From Candidatus Nanopelagicales bacterium (GTDB lineage: Bacteria; Actinomycetota; Actinomycetes; S36-B12; CAIYMF01): a stretch of 48,997 bases of DNA. The notes below the pieces were generated by a model that saw nothing but the letters and a program-made list of their open reading frames with translations, did no database searches and was not told the DNA's origin. Below, piece after piece: positions 18,894 to 27,996 of the stretch; the stretch's first letter is position 1, and the number at the start of each line of letters is the position of its first letter. The stretch is from contig DASVBK010000246.1 of the NCBI GenBank assembly GCA_036375875.1, forward strand, positions 1 through 48,997, read 5' to 3'. The translations under genes were made by a program, and so were the position numbers.

Positions 18894-20114
18894 CTAGTTG
18901 CCGATGAGGGACTGGAACGCCTGGTCGTACTTGGCCTGCTCGGAGGACGTCAGTGCCTTGAAGATGTGCGTCTGGGCAAGGTCCTCGGCCGTCGGGAAGA
19001 TCAGCGGATTGTCCACCAGGCTCGGGTCGAGCTTCTCCATGGCCTGCTGGGCACCCTCGACCGGGCAGATGTACTGGACCCACGCGGCGACCTCGGCGGC
19101 GACCTTCGGGTCGTAGTAGTAGTCCATGACGCGTTCGGCGTTGTTCCGGTGCCTGGCCATGGCCGGGATGAGCAGGTTGTCCGTCCACAGCATCCCGCCG
19201 GACTCCGGCAGGACGAAGTCGAACTCGTACTCCTTGCTCACGATCGAGGCCACGTCACCGGACCATGCGATGGCGGCCACGACGTCGCCGCCCTCCATGC
19301 CAGTGATGTAGTCGTTGCCCGACACCTGGCGGATCTGCCCGCTGTCCATCTGCGCCTGGAGCTCGGCGATCGCCGCGTTGTAGTCGTCCTCGGTGAAGTC
19401 CGCCGGATCGTTGCCCTGGGCGAGCATGACCAGGCCGACCGAGTCGCGCATCTCGGACAGGATCGTGATCCGGCCCTTCAGCGCGGGGTCCCACAGCTCG
19501 GCCACCGTCCTGATCTCGGTCTTCCCGGTCAGCTCCTGCAGCAGGTTCTTGTTGAAGCCCAGCCCCGCGTACCCCGACTGCCAGGGCAGGCTCTGGTCCC
19601 GCTCCGGGTCGAAGGGGACTCCCTGCAGGGCAGGCAGGAGGTTGCGTGCGTTGGGGACCCAGGCGCGGTCGTACTTCTGCGCGTAGCCCTTGCGGATCCA
19701 CTCGGCGGCCTTCCAGTCGGTCAGGACCACGAGGTCGCGACCGATGTCCTGCCCTGCCTCGAGCTGGGGACGCACCTTTGCGTCGAATTCCGCGTTGTCG
19801 TTCACGTCCTCCCGGTAGTCGACCTTGATGCCGGTCTGCTCGGTGAACCGGTCGAGAGTGGGCCGCGTGCCGGTCTCCTCGTCGACGTCCATGTACCCGA
19901 CCCAGGTCGACCAGACCAGCTGCGCCTCGCTCGCCGACTGGTCGGGCTGGGTCTTGGCCGGCACCTCCTCGCCAGCCGTGGAGGCACTCGCCGTGCGCGG
20001 CGGCCGGGCGCCACAGGCGGCGGCGAACATGGCGGCGGCACCGACGCCGCCGGCCTGCAGGAGGCGGCGGCGCGGCAGCGGCGCGCCAGAACGAGGGGTG
20101 GTCAGACCCGTCAT
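18894..20114 (-). CDS. potD: Polyamine-type ABC transporter substrate-binding lipoprotein (PotD/PotF-like)
   Basis: Begins at the internal ATG (MTGLTTPRSG...). Twin-arginine-like signal RRRLLQAGG followed by the lipobox AAAC. Overall PotD/PotF-like periplasmic binding protein. Confidence 0.85.
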   Translation of the reverse strand: MTGLTTPRSGAPLPRRRLLQAGGVGAAAMFAAACGARPPRTASASTAGEEVPAKTQPDQSASEAQLVWSTWVGYMDVDEETGTRPTLDRFTEQTGIKVDYREDVNDNAEFDAKVRPQLEAGQDIGRDLVVLTDWKAAEWIRKGYAQKYDRAWVPNARNLLPALQGVPFDPERDQSLPWQSGYAGLGFNKNLLQELTGKTEIRTVAELWDPALKGRITILSEMRDSVGLVMLAQGNDPADFTEDDYNAAIAELQAQMDSGQIRQVSGNDYITGMEGGDVVAAIAWSGDVASIVSKEYEFDFVLPESGGMLWTDNLLIPAMARHRNNAERVMDYYYDPKVAAEVAAWVQYICPVEGAQQAMEKLDPSLVDNPLIFPTAEDLAQTHIFKALTSSEQAKYDQAFQSLIGN

Positions 20115-20143
20115 GGTCGGCTGGTCTCCTTCGTGGGGCCCGG

Positions 20144-21628
20144 TCAGGGTCGGGCGAAGATCGTGCGATGCCACGGCTTGCGGGCCTCGCCGGTGATGTC
20201 GGATGAGACGTGCTTGACGTGCGTGTACTCCTCGAAGGAGTAGACGCTCATGTCTTTGCCGAACCCCGAGGCCTTGAAACCACCGTGCGGCATCTCCGAC
20301 ACGATCGGGATGTGGTCGTTGATCCACACGCAGCCCGCCGCGATCTCCCGGGAGGCCCGCTGGGCGCGGAACGTGTTGGTGGTCCACGCCGAGGCCGCCA
20401 ACCCGTAGGGCGTGTCGTTGGCCAGCGCCAGGCCCTCGTCGTCGCTGTCGAACGGCAGCACGACCAGCACCGGGCCGAACAGCTCCTCCTGCACGATCTC
20501 GGCATCCTGCGCCGCCCCCACGACCAGGGTGGGCGGGTAGTAGGAGCCCGAGGCCAGGGCCCCGCCGGGCACCTCGCCGCCGCGCACCACCTTCGCCCCG
20601 GCGGCCACCGCCCGCTCCACGTAGCCATGCACCCGGTCGCGCTGCTGCATCGAGATCAGCGGCCCCTGGTCGGTGGCCTCGTCGGCTGGCGCGCCGAGCT
20701 GCACCCGGTCGAACAGCGCGGCGACCTGCTCGACGAACGCGTCGAGGTGCGGACGCTGGACGTACGCGCGCGTCGCCGCGGTGCAGTCCTGGCCGGTGTT
20801 GATCAGCGCCCCAGCGACGGCGCCGTGCGCCGCGGCCTCGAGGTCGGCGTCGTCGAACACCAGGAACGGCGCCTTGCCGCCGAGCTCCAGGTGCACCCGC
20901 TTGATGGTGCCCGTGGCCAGCTCCATGACCCGTCGACCCACCGGGGTCGAGCCGGTGAACGACACCATCGCCACGTCCGGGTGGCTGATGAGTGCCTCGC
21001 CGACCGTGCGCCCGGGCCCGGTCAGCACGTTGATCACGCCCGCCGGGATGCCTGCGGCGGCGGCATCCTCGGCGACCATGAGCGAGGTCAGGGGGGTCAG
21101 CTCGGCCGGCTTGAGCACGATCGTGTTGCCGGCGGCCACGGCCGGCAGGATCTTCCACATGGCCATCTGCAGCGGGTAGTTCCAAGGTGCGATCGAGCCG
21201 ACGACGCCGATGGGCTCGCGGCGGATCGACGAGGTGTGCGTGCCGTCGTACTCGGCCTGGGCCATGCCCGTGAGCACGCGCGCAGCGCCGGCGAAGAAGC
21301 GGACGTTGTCGATCGAGCCCGGCACGTCGAACTCGCGGCACAGCCGGATCGGCTTGCCGGTCTGGGCGGTCTCGACCTGCGCGTACTGCTCGGCGCGTCC
21401 CTCCATGCGCTCAGCCAGCGCGAGGAGCCCCGCCGCCCGCTCGCCGGGGGTCATCCGCGACCAGATCGGGAAGGCCCGGGCAGCGGCTGCCACCGCCAGG
21501 TCGACGTCGGCGGCGGTCGCCTCGGTGAGTGTCGCGACCGTCGAGCCGTCCGCCGGATTGGCCACAACCAGGGGCTCCCCGCTGCCGTGGCCATGCGCCC
21601 CGTCGATGAACTGGCCGAGAAGGGTCAC
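20144..21628 (-). CDS. NAD-dependent aldehyde dehydrogenase, gamma-aminobutyraldehyde dehydrogenase type, copy 1
   Basis: GTG start (VTLLGQFIDG...) preceded by GAAGGAG. Motifs WNYPLQMAMWK, ELGGKAP and GQDCTAATR (catalytic Cys). Sits 29 nt upstream of potD, so probably the first gene of the pot operon. Confidence 0.85.
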   Translation of the reverse strand: MTLLGQFIDGAHGHGSGEPLVVANPADGSTVATLTEATAADVDLAVAAAARAFPIWSRMTPGERAAGLLALAERMEGRAEQYAQVETAQTGKPIRLCREFDVPGSIDNVRFFAGAARVLTGMAQAEYDGTHTSSIRREPIGVVGSIAPWNYPLQMAMWKILPAVAAGNTIVLKPAELTPLTSLMVAEDAAAAGIPAGVINVLTGPGRTVGEALISHPDVAMVSFTGSTPVGRRVMELATGTIKRVHLELGGKAPFLVFDDADLEAAAHGAVAGALINTGQDCTAATRAYVQRPHLDAFVEQVAALFDRVQLGAPADEATDQGPLISMQQRDRVHGYVERAVAAGAKVVRGGEVPGGALASGSYYPPTLVVGAAQDAEIVQEELFGPVLVVLPFDSDDEGLALANDTPYGLAASAWTTNTFRAQRASREIAAGCVWINDHIPIVSEMPHGGFKASGFGKDMSVYSFEEYTHVKHVSSDITGEARKPWHRTIFARP

Positions 21629-21685
21629 TGTGCTCCTTCGCAGTGGATCGGGAATGGGGCAATGCTTTTCGTGTGCATTGCGTCC

Positions 21686-21726
21686 GAATCCTTCGGATTC
21701 CGTGCCGCATCCGCGGATGCCGCACG
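21686..21726. promoter_or_regulatory. Two adjacent inverted repeats in the leader/promoter of the ALDH-potDABC operon
   Basis: GAATCC-ttc-GGATTC lies at 21686-21700. It is followed immediately by the 26-bp near-perfect palindrome CGTGCcGCATCCGCGGATGCcGCACG at 21701-21726 (12 of 13 pairs). Both lie 60-100 nt upstream of the GTG at 21628, in a locally lower-GC stretch. Confidence 0.4.
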
Positions 21727-21827
21727 ATAGCCCACCACCCAGCCCGGGACAACACGGAGCGCGCCCGATCATGCGCGCGCGATCAGCCGGGGCCGCCCGT
21801 CAGGCGCGCCAGCCCCCCTCGCGCGGG

Positions 21828-22835
21828 TCAGGCGGTGACGATCCGCTCGGCCTCCGGCTGCTCGCCCTTCGAGAACGCGATCACGTTCTCCGTGGTCACC
21901 CGGGCGATCTCGTTGAGCGCCTCCTTGGTCAGGAAGGCCTGGTGCGCGGTGATGATCACGTTCGGGAAGGTCATGAGCCGCGCGAGGACGTCGTCGGTCA
22001 TGATCTCTCCGGAGAGGTCCTCGAAGAACTTGCCCTCCTCCTCCTCGTAGACGTCCAGGCCGACCCCGCCGACCTGACCGGTCTTGAGGGCCTCGATGAG
22101 GGCGACGGTGTCCACCAGGGCGCCGCGGCTGACGTTGATGAGGATGACGCCGGGCTTGAGCGCGGCGAGCACGAGGTCGTTGATGATGTGGTGCGTCTCG
22201 GGGAACAGCGGCACGTGCAGCGAGACGATGTCGGCCTCCCGGCCGATCTCGCTGAGCGTCACGTACTCCAGGCCCTCGCGCTCGGCCCAGGCATGGTCGG
22301 GGTACGGGTCCCACATGATGACGCGGGTGCCGAAGCCCTTGAAGATCTGCCCGGCGATCTTGCCGATCTTGCCGGTGCCGATGAGGCCGACGGTCTTGCC
22401 GTGCAGGTCGAAGCCGACCAGGCCGTCGAGCGTGAAGTTCATGTCGCGGACCCGCCGGTTGGCCTGCGGCAGCCGCCGGATCAGGGCCAGCGCCAGCGCC
22501 ACCGCGTGCTCGGCCACCGCGTACGGCGAGTAGGCAGGCACCCTTGCCACGAGGATGCCGTGCTCGGCGGCCGCCGCGAGGTCGACGCCGTTGAAGCCAG
22601 CGCATCGCAGCGCGATCATCTTCACGCCCTTGGCGGCAAGGCCCTCGATCACCTCGCGCGTGACCTTGTCGTTGACGAACACGCACACCACGTCGGTGCC
22701 CTCGGTGACGGTGTCCACCGTGTCCGGGCCCAACCGGTACTCCCGGAACTTCACTTCCAGGCCAGCGGCGAGCATCGCCTCGCCGACGTGGTCGCGGTCG
22801 TACTTCTTGGTGTCGAACATGGTCACGGTGGTCAT
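21828..22835 (-). CDS. ldhA: D-lactate dehydrogenase (D-isomer-specific 2-hydroxyacid dehydrogenase)
   Basis: Begins at the internal ATG (MTTVTMFDTKKYDR...). Close to colinear with E. coli LdhA: RCAGFNGVDL, VPAYSPYAVAEHA, GLIGTGKIG, NVSRGALVD, GLDVYEEE and TAHQAFLT. Confidence 0.85.
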   Translation of the reverse strand: MTTVTMFDTKKYDRDHVGEAMLAAGLEVKFREYRLGPDTVDTVTEGTDVVCVFVNDKVTREVIEGLAAKGVKMIALRCAGFNGVDLAAAAEHGILVARVPAYSPYAVAEHAVALALALIRRLPQANRRVRDMNFTLDGLVGFDLHGKTVGLIGTGKIGKIAGQIFKGFGTRVIMWDPYPDHAWAEREGLEYVTLSEIGREADIVSLHVPLFPETHHIINDLVLAALKPGVILINVSRGALVDTVALIEALKTGQVGGVGLDVYEEEEGKFFEDLSGEIMTDDVLARLMTFPNVIITAHQAFLTKEALNEIARVTTENVIAFSKGEQPEAERIVTA

Positions 22836-22911
22836 GGCAGGAACGCTAGTGGCGCTCCGGGTCGATTGCCCGTCAACCGGGGGACCATCTGCCTGAGGTA
22901 CCGCGGGGGGT

Positions 22912-24417
22912 ATGTGCGATCGTCCTGCCATGACCGCCGCTCGCGTTGCCGCCGCGCTGGCAGCCGTGGCGATGCTCGCCCCTGGGCTGGTCGGGTGCGC
23001 GAACCCGGTCACCTCCCCCGTGACGAGCCGGCCGCCGACCCAGCCGCTGGCGATCCCGCCGCTGGACGAGGGGGTCGCCGCGCCCGGTGGCCGGCGCTTC
23101 GACCTGACCGTGGACGAGTCGACGACCGACTTCGGGCTCGACGGGCCGACGCCGACGCTCGGGGTCAACCAGTCGTACCTCGGCCCCACGCTGCGGATGC
23201 GCCGCGGCGAGGAGGTGCAGGTGGACCTCACCAACGCCCTGGCCGAGTCCACCACCATGCACTGGCACGGCATGCGGGTGCCGGCGCGCATGGACGGCGG
23301 GCCGCACCAGCTCGTCGAGCCCGGTGCCACCTGGTCGCCGCGCTGGACGGTGGACCAGCCCGCGGCGACCCTCTGGTACCACGCCCACCCGCACGGGCGG
23401 ACCGCCGAGCACGTGTACCGGGGGGTGGCCGGGATGATCCTCGTCGACGACCCGAACGAGCCCGCCACAGCGGTGCTGCCCCACGAGTACGGCGTCGACG
23501 ACGTGCCGGTCATCGTCCAGGACAAGCGCTTCGACCGCGACGGTCAGCTCGTGTTCGACCAGCAGGGGCCGAGCTCGACGGGGTTCCTCGGAGACACGAT
23601 CATGGTGAACGGCACGATCGGGCCCTACCTCGACGTCTCGGCCGTGCGGACCCGGCTGCGGCTGGTCAACGCCTCCACCGCGCGCATCTACCGCCTGGGC
23701 TTCGCCGACGGCCGGCAGTTCGACCTCGTCGCCACCGACGGCGGGCTGCTCACGGCCCCGGTCCGCCTCGACCACGTGCAGCTCTCACCCGGGGAGCGCG
23801 CCGAGGTGGTCGTGACGATGGCACCCGGCGAACGCGTCATGCTGCGCAACACCTCCCCGGACTTCGGCGGGCGGGTGGGGCCGAACTCCCGGTTCGGCAC
23901 CGGGGACTTCGACGTCCTCGAGCTGCGGGCCGGAGCCGAGCTCGCCGCCTCACCCGAGGTGCCCAGCGCACTGGCGTCGTTCCAGCGGCTGGATCCCGCG
24001 TCCGCGAGCACGACCCGGACGTTCACGATCGACGCCCAGATCATCAACCGCAAGCCGGCCGACCTCGGTCGCATCGACGAGGTCGTGCCCGTAGGGGCGA
24101 CTGAGGTCTGGGTGCTGCGCAACCGCGATCCGCAGCCGCACAACTTCCACGTGCACACGGTGCAGTTCCAGGTGCTGGACCTCGACGGCACGCCGCCCCC
24201 GCCGGAGCTGGCCGGCTGGAAGGACACCGTGTACCTGGCGCCCGGGTCCGAGGTGCGCATCATCGCGACGTTCCCCGAGAGCGCCGACCCGACGTGGCCC
24301 TACATGTACCACTGCCACCTGCTGTACCACGAGGACTCGGGCCTCATGGGCCAGTTCGTCGTGGTCGCGCCGGGGCAGGCGGTGGTACCACCGCCCGACC
24401 CCATGGACGCCCACTGA
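22912..24417 (+). CDS. Three-domain multicopper oxidase lipoprotein (CueO/laccase-like)
   Basis: Copper-ligand motifs HWHGM, WYHAHPH, HNFHVH and HCHLLYHEDSGLM. Lipoprotein signal AMLAPGLVGC. An alternative start at 22930 (MTAARV...) is equally plausible. Confidence 0.85.
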   Translation: MCDRPAMTAARVAAALAAVAMLAPGLVGCANPVTSPVTSRPPTQPLAIPPLDEGVAAPGGRRFDLTVDESTTDFGLDGPTPTLGVNQSYLGPTLRMRRGEEVQVDLTNALAESTTMHWHGMRVPARMDGGPHQLVEPGATWSPRWTVDQPAATLWYHAHPHGRTAEHVYRGVAGMILVDDPNEPATAVLPHEYGVDDVPVIVQDKRFDRDGQLVFDQQGPSSTGFLGDTIMVNGTIGPYLDVSAVRTRLRLVNASTARIYRLGFADGRQFDLVATDGGLLTAPVRLDHVQLSPGERAEVVVTMAPGERVMLRNTSPDFGGRVGPNSRFGTGDFDVLELRAGAELAASPEVPSALASFQRLDPASASTTRTFTIDAQIINRKPADLGRIDEVVPVGATEVWVLRNRDPQPHNFHVHTVQFQVLDLDGTPPPPELAGWKDTVYLAPGSEVRIIATFPESADPTWPYMYHCHLLYHEDSGLMGQFVVVAPGQAVVPPPDPMDAH

Positions 24418-24461
24418 CGGCACGCGCGCCGCCCGCAGGTGCGCCCGACCGCCCCGCCTGA

Positions 24462-25904
24462 CTACCCCTCGTCGAGGCTGATCATCACGTGCTTGATGCG
24501 CGTGTAGTCCTCGAGGCCGTACATCGACAGGTCCTTGCCGTAGCCGGAGTGCTTGAACCCGCCGTGCGGCATCTCGGCGACCAGCGGGATGTGGGTGTTG
24601 ATCCAGACCGCGCCGAAGTCCAGGTGCTTGGCCATGCGCATGCCGCGCGCGAGGTCCTTGGTCCACACCGACGAGGCGAGGCCGTACTTCACGCCGTTGG
24701 CCCACTCGAGGGCCTTTGCCTCGTCGTTGAAGGACTGCACGGTCATGACGGGGCCGAAGATCTCGTGCTGCACCATCTCGTCGTCCTGGCGCAGGCCCGA
24801 CACGACCGTCGGGGGCACGTAGTAGCCGCGATCGCCGAGCCGGCTGCCACCCACCACGATCTCCGCGTGCGCCGGGGTGCGCTCGAGGAACCCGAGCACC
24901 TGGTCGAGCTGGCGCTCGTTGTTCAGCGGCGGCACCAGCACGTCCTCGCCCTCCGGGCCGGTCTCGAAGGCGGTGACCGTCGCGGCTGCCTGCTCGGCCA
25001 GCGCCGCGACGAAGTCGTCATGGATCGCATCGGCGACCAGCACCCGGGTGGCGGCCGTGCAGTCCTGGCCGGCGTTGAAGTAGCCGGCGACTGCGAGCCA
25101 CTCAGCCGCAGTGGCGATGTCGGCATCGTCGAACACGATCACCGGCGCCTTGCCGCCCAGCTCCAGATGCACCTTCTTCACGTCAGCGGCCGCGGTGCCG
25201 GCCACCGCCATGCCTGCCCGGACCGAGCCGGTGATCGAGACCATGTCCGGGCGGGGGTGCTCGACGAGCAGCTGCCCCGTGGAACGGTCGCCGGTCACCA
25301 CGTTGAGCACCCCGGGCGGCAGGACGTCGGCGAACAGCTCGGCCATCCGCACGGTGGTGACAGGCGTGGTGTCCGACGGCTTGAGCACCACCGTGTTGCC
25401 GGCCGCCAGTGCCGGGGCGAACTTCCAGACGGCCATCATCATCGGGTAGTTCCACGGGGTCACCTGGCCGATCACGCCGATGGGCTCCCGACGGATCATG
25501 GAGGTGTAGCCCTTCATGTACTCACCGGTGGAGCGGCCCTCCAGCACGCGCGCGGCGCCGGCGAAGAAGCGGATCTGGTCGACCATCGGCGGGATCTCCT
25601 CGCTCCTGGTCACCGCCAGCGGCTTGCCCGTGTTCTCTGCCTCCAGCGCGATGAGCTCCTCGGCGTGGGCCTCGACGATGTCGGCGACCTTGAGCAGCGC
25701 CGCCTGCCGCTCGGAGGGCGTGGTCTGGCTCCACGACTCGAAGGCGTCCGAGGCCGCGTGGTAGGCGCGATCCACGTCCTCGGCGCCGGAGACCACGGCC
25801 TGCGCGAACACCTCCCCGGTGTGCGGGTTCACCAGGTCGGTCGTGGCGTCGGACGCGGCGTCGACGGGCTCGCCGTTGATGAAGTTGCGGATGATGCGGC
25901 TCAC
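24462..25904 (-). CDS. NAD-dependent aldehyde dehydrogenase, gamma-aminobutyraldehyde/betaine-aldehyde type, copy 2
   Basis: GTG start (VSRIIRNFINGEP...) preceded by AGGAG. Motifs WNYPMMMAVWK, ELGGKAP and GQDCTAATR. Paralogous to 20144-21628. Confidence 0.85.
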   Translation of the reverse strand: MSRIIRNFINGEPVDAASDATTDLVNPHTGEVFAQAVVSGAEDVDRAYHAASDAFESWSQTTPSERQAALLKVADIVEAHAEELIALEAENTGKPLAVTRSEEIPPMVDQIRFFAGAARVLEGRSTGEYMKGYTSMIRREPIGVIGQVTPWNYPMMMAVWKFAPALAAGNTVVLKPSDTTPVTTVRMAELFADVLPPGVLNVVTGDRSTGQLLVEHPRPDMVSITGSVRAGMAVAGTAAADVKKVHLELGGKAPVIVFDDADIATAAEWLAVAGYFNAGQDCTAATRVLVADAIHDDFVAALAEQAAATVTAFETGPEGEDVLVPPLNNERQLDQVLGFLERTPAHAEIVVGGSRLGDRGYYVPPTVVSGLRQDDEMVQHEIFGPVMTVQSFNDEAKALEWANGVKYGLASSVWTKDLARGMRMAKHLDFGAVWINTHIPLVAEMPHGGFKHSGYGKDLSMYGLEDYTRIKHVMISLDEG

Positions 25905-26128
25905 GCGTGCTCCTGATGGGTGCTGGATGAGGGCGGACCAGTGCTGCAGACGATGCCGGCGGCGGCCGCCGGGTGCGGCGAGTCTAGCCGACCGACGGTG
26001 GAGCGGGCAGGTGCTTGACGGTGCTATTCGTAGCGTCCGCCCGCTGCTGTTGCGCATTCCGACGAGAACTGCACGAATCGCCACCGTTTTCGCTTGCCAT
26101 CGTGCCGAGGGTGGGGTTCCATTGCGCC

Positions 26129-26602
26129 ATGCTCCCCGCCTCCCGGCACCGCCCCCCGCCGCTGGACGACGCCGCGAAGGCGATCATCGAGCAGCTGCAG
26201 CAGGACGGCCGCCGGCCCTACGCGACCATCGGCCGTGCCGTGGGCCTGTCCGAGGCGGCCGTGCGCCAGCGCGTGCAGCGCCTGGTGGAGTCGGGGGTCA
26301 TCCAGGTCGTCGCGGTCACCGACCCCATGCAGGTGGGGTTCCCGCGCGCCGCCATGCTCGGCATCCGGGTCGACGGCGACATCACGGAGGTGGCCGACCG
26401 GCTGGCCGAGCTCGACGAGGTCGACTACGTGGTGATCACGGCCGGCGGGTTCGACATCCTCGCCGAGATCGTGTGCGAGGACGACGACCACCTGCTGGAG
26501 ATCATGAACAGCAAGATCCGTTCGATCCCCGGCGTGCGCAGCACGGAGACCTTCGTCTACCTCAAGCTCCGCAAGCAGATCTACACCTGGGGTGCCCGAT
26601 GA
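26129..26602 (+). CDS. Lrp/AsnC family transcriptional regulator
   Basis: Begins at the internal ATG (MLPASRH...). HTH segment LDDAAKAIIEQLQQDGRRPYATIGRAVGLSEAAVRQRVQRL, followed by an RAM/ACT-like C-terminal domain. Divergent from ALDH copy 2. Its stop overlaps the next gene's start (ATGA). Confidence 0.85.
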   Translation: MLPASRHRPPPLDDAAKAIIEQLQQDGRRPYATIGRAVGLSEAAVRQRVQRLVESGVIQVVAVTDPMQVGFPRAAMLGIRVDGDITEVADRLAELDEVDYVVITAGGFDILAEIVCEDDDHLLEIMNSKIRSIPGVRSTETFVYLKLRKQIYTWGAR

Positions 26603-27996
26603 CCACCAGCTCGCTGTCCTTCACCGAGCCCGGCGACGATGCGCTGGCCGACCTGGCGCGCGACCGGCTCTGGATGCACTTCACGCGGCACTCGGTCTAC
26701 GCCGCCGGCGGCCACGTGCCGGTCATCGTGCGCGGCGAGGGGGCGCGCATCTGGGACGACCAGGGTCGCTCCTACCTCGACGGCCTGGCCGGGCTGTTCG
26801 TGGTGCAGGTCGGCCACGGCCGCCAGGAGCTCGCCCAGGCCGCGGCCAAGCAGGCCGAGACGCTGGCGTTCTTCCCGCTGTGGTCGTACGCCCACCCGAC
26901 TGCCATCGAGCTGGCCGACCGCCTGGCCCAGCTCGCTCCCGCGGACATCAACCGCACGTTCTTCACCACCGGGGGCGGTGAGGCCGTCGAGTCGGCCTGG
27001 AAGCTGGCCAAGCAGTACTTCAAGCTGACCGGCAAGCCCACCAAGCACAAGGTCATCAGCCGCGCGGTGGCCTACCACGGCACGCCGCAGGGCGCCCTGA
27101 GCATCACCGGCATCCCGGCGGCCAAGGCCGCGTTCGAGCCCCTGGTCCCGGGCGCGCACAAGGTGCCCAACACCAACTTCTACCGCGCCCAGGCGCACGC
27201 CGACGACCTCCCGGCCTTCGGCCGTTGGGCCGCCGACCGCATCGCCGAGGCCATCGAGTTCGAGGGCCCGGACACCGTTGCCGCGGTGTTCCTCGAGCCC
27301 GTGCAGAACTCCGGCGGCTGCTTCCCCCCGCCGCCGGGCTACCTCGAGCGCGTCCGCGAGATCTGCGACACCTACGACGTGCTCCTGGTCGCCGACGAGA
27401 CCATCTGCGCCATGGGCCGCATCGGCGACTGGTTCGCGATGAACCGGTTCGGCGTGCAGCCCGACATCATCACGTTCGCGAAGGGCCTGACCTCCGGGTA
27501 CGCCCCGCTCGGCGCGATGATGGTCCACGACCGCCTGTTCGAGCCGTTCAGCAGGGGCACGAACACGTTCCTGCACGGGTACACCTGGGGCGGCCATCCG
27601 GTCTCGTGCGCGGTGGCGCTGGCCAACCTCGACATCTTCGAGCGCGAGGGCCTCAACGCGCACGTGCGGGCCAACGAGGGCGCGTTCCGCACCACGCTCG
27701 AGCGGCTGCTCGACCTGCCGATCGTCGGTGACGTGCGCGGCGCCGGGTACTTCTACGGCATCGAGCTGGTGAAGGACAAGGCCACGAGGCAGACGTTCGA
27801 CGACGCCGAGTCCGAGCGGCTGCTGCGCGGGTTCCTCTCCAAGGCCCTGTTCGACGCCGGGCTGTACTGCCGCGCCGACGATCGGGGCGACCCGGTCATC
27901 CAGCTGGCGCCGCCACTGATCGTGGGGCAGGCGGAGTTCGACGAGATCGAGCAGATCCTGCGCGCGGTGCTCACCGAGGGCATGGAGCTGCTCTAG
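26599..27996 (+). CDS. Class-III omega-aminotransferase (putrescine/beta-alanine:pyruvate transaminase type)
   Basis: Begins at the internal ATG (MTTSSLSFTEPG...). Motifs FTTGGGEAVESAWKLA, LLVADETICAMGRIG and FAKGLTSGYAPLG (PLP lysine), typical of SpuC/omega-TA enzymes. Confidence 0.88.
   Translation: MTTSSLSFTEPGDDALADLARDRLWMHFTRHSVYAAGGHVPVIVRGEGARIWDDQGRSYLDGLAGLFVVQVGHGRQELAQAAAKQAETLAFFPLWSYAHPTAIELADRLAQLAPADINRTFFTTGGGEAVESAWKLAKQYFKLTGKPTKHKVISRAVAYHGTPQGALSITGIPAAKAAFEPLVPGAHKVPNTNFYRAQAHADDLPAFGRWAADRIAEAIEFEGPDTVAAVFLEPVQNSGGCFPPPPGYLERVREICDTYDVLLVADETICAMGRIGDWFAMNRFGVQPDIITFAKGLTSGYAPLGAMMVHDRLFEPFSRGTNTFLHGYTWGGHPVSCAVALANLDIFEREGLNAHVRANEGAFRTTLERLLDLPIVGDVRGAGYFYGIELVKDKATRQTFDDAESERLLRGFLSKALFDAGLYCRADDRGDPVIQLAPPLIVGQAEFDEIEQILRAVLTEGMELL

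Noticed and set aside
26052-26060. The 9-mer GCGCATTCC is shared by the ALDH2/lrp promoter region and the putA upstream region (30110-30118). Loosely similar TTTTCG/CATTGCG strings also occur upstream of both ALDH genes.
   Set aside because: A single shared 9-mer between two regions of about 250 bp is close to chance expectation. There is no consistent spacing or symmetry, so this is not enough to call a common Lrp site.
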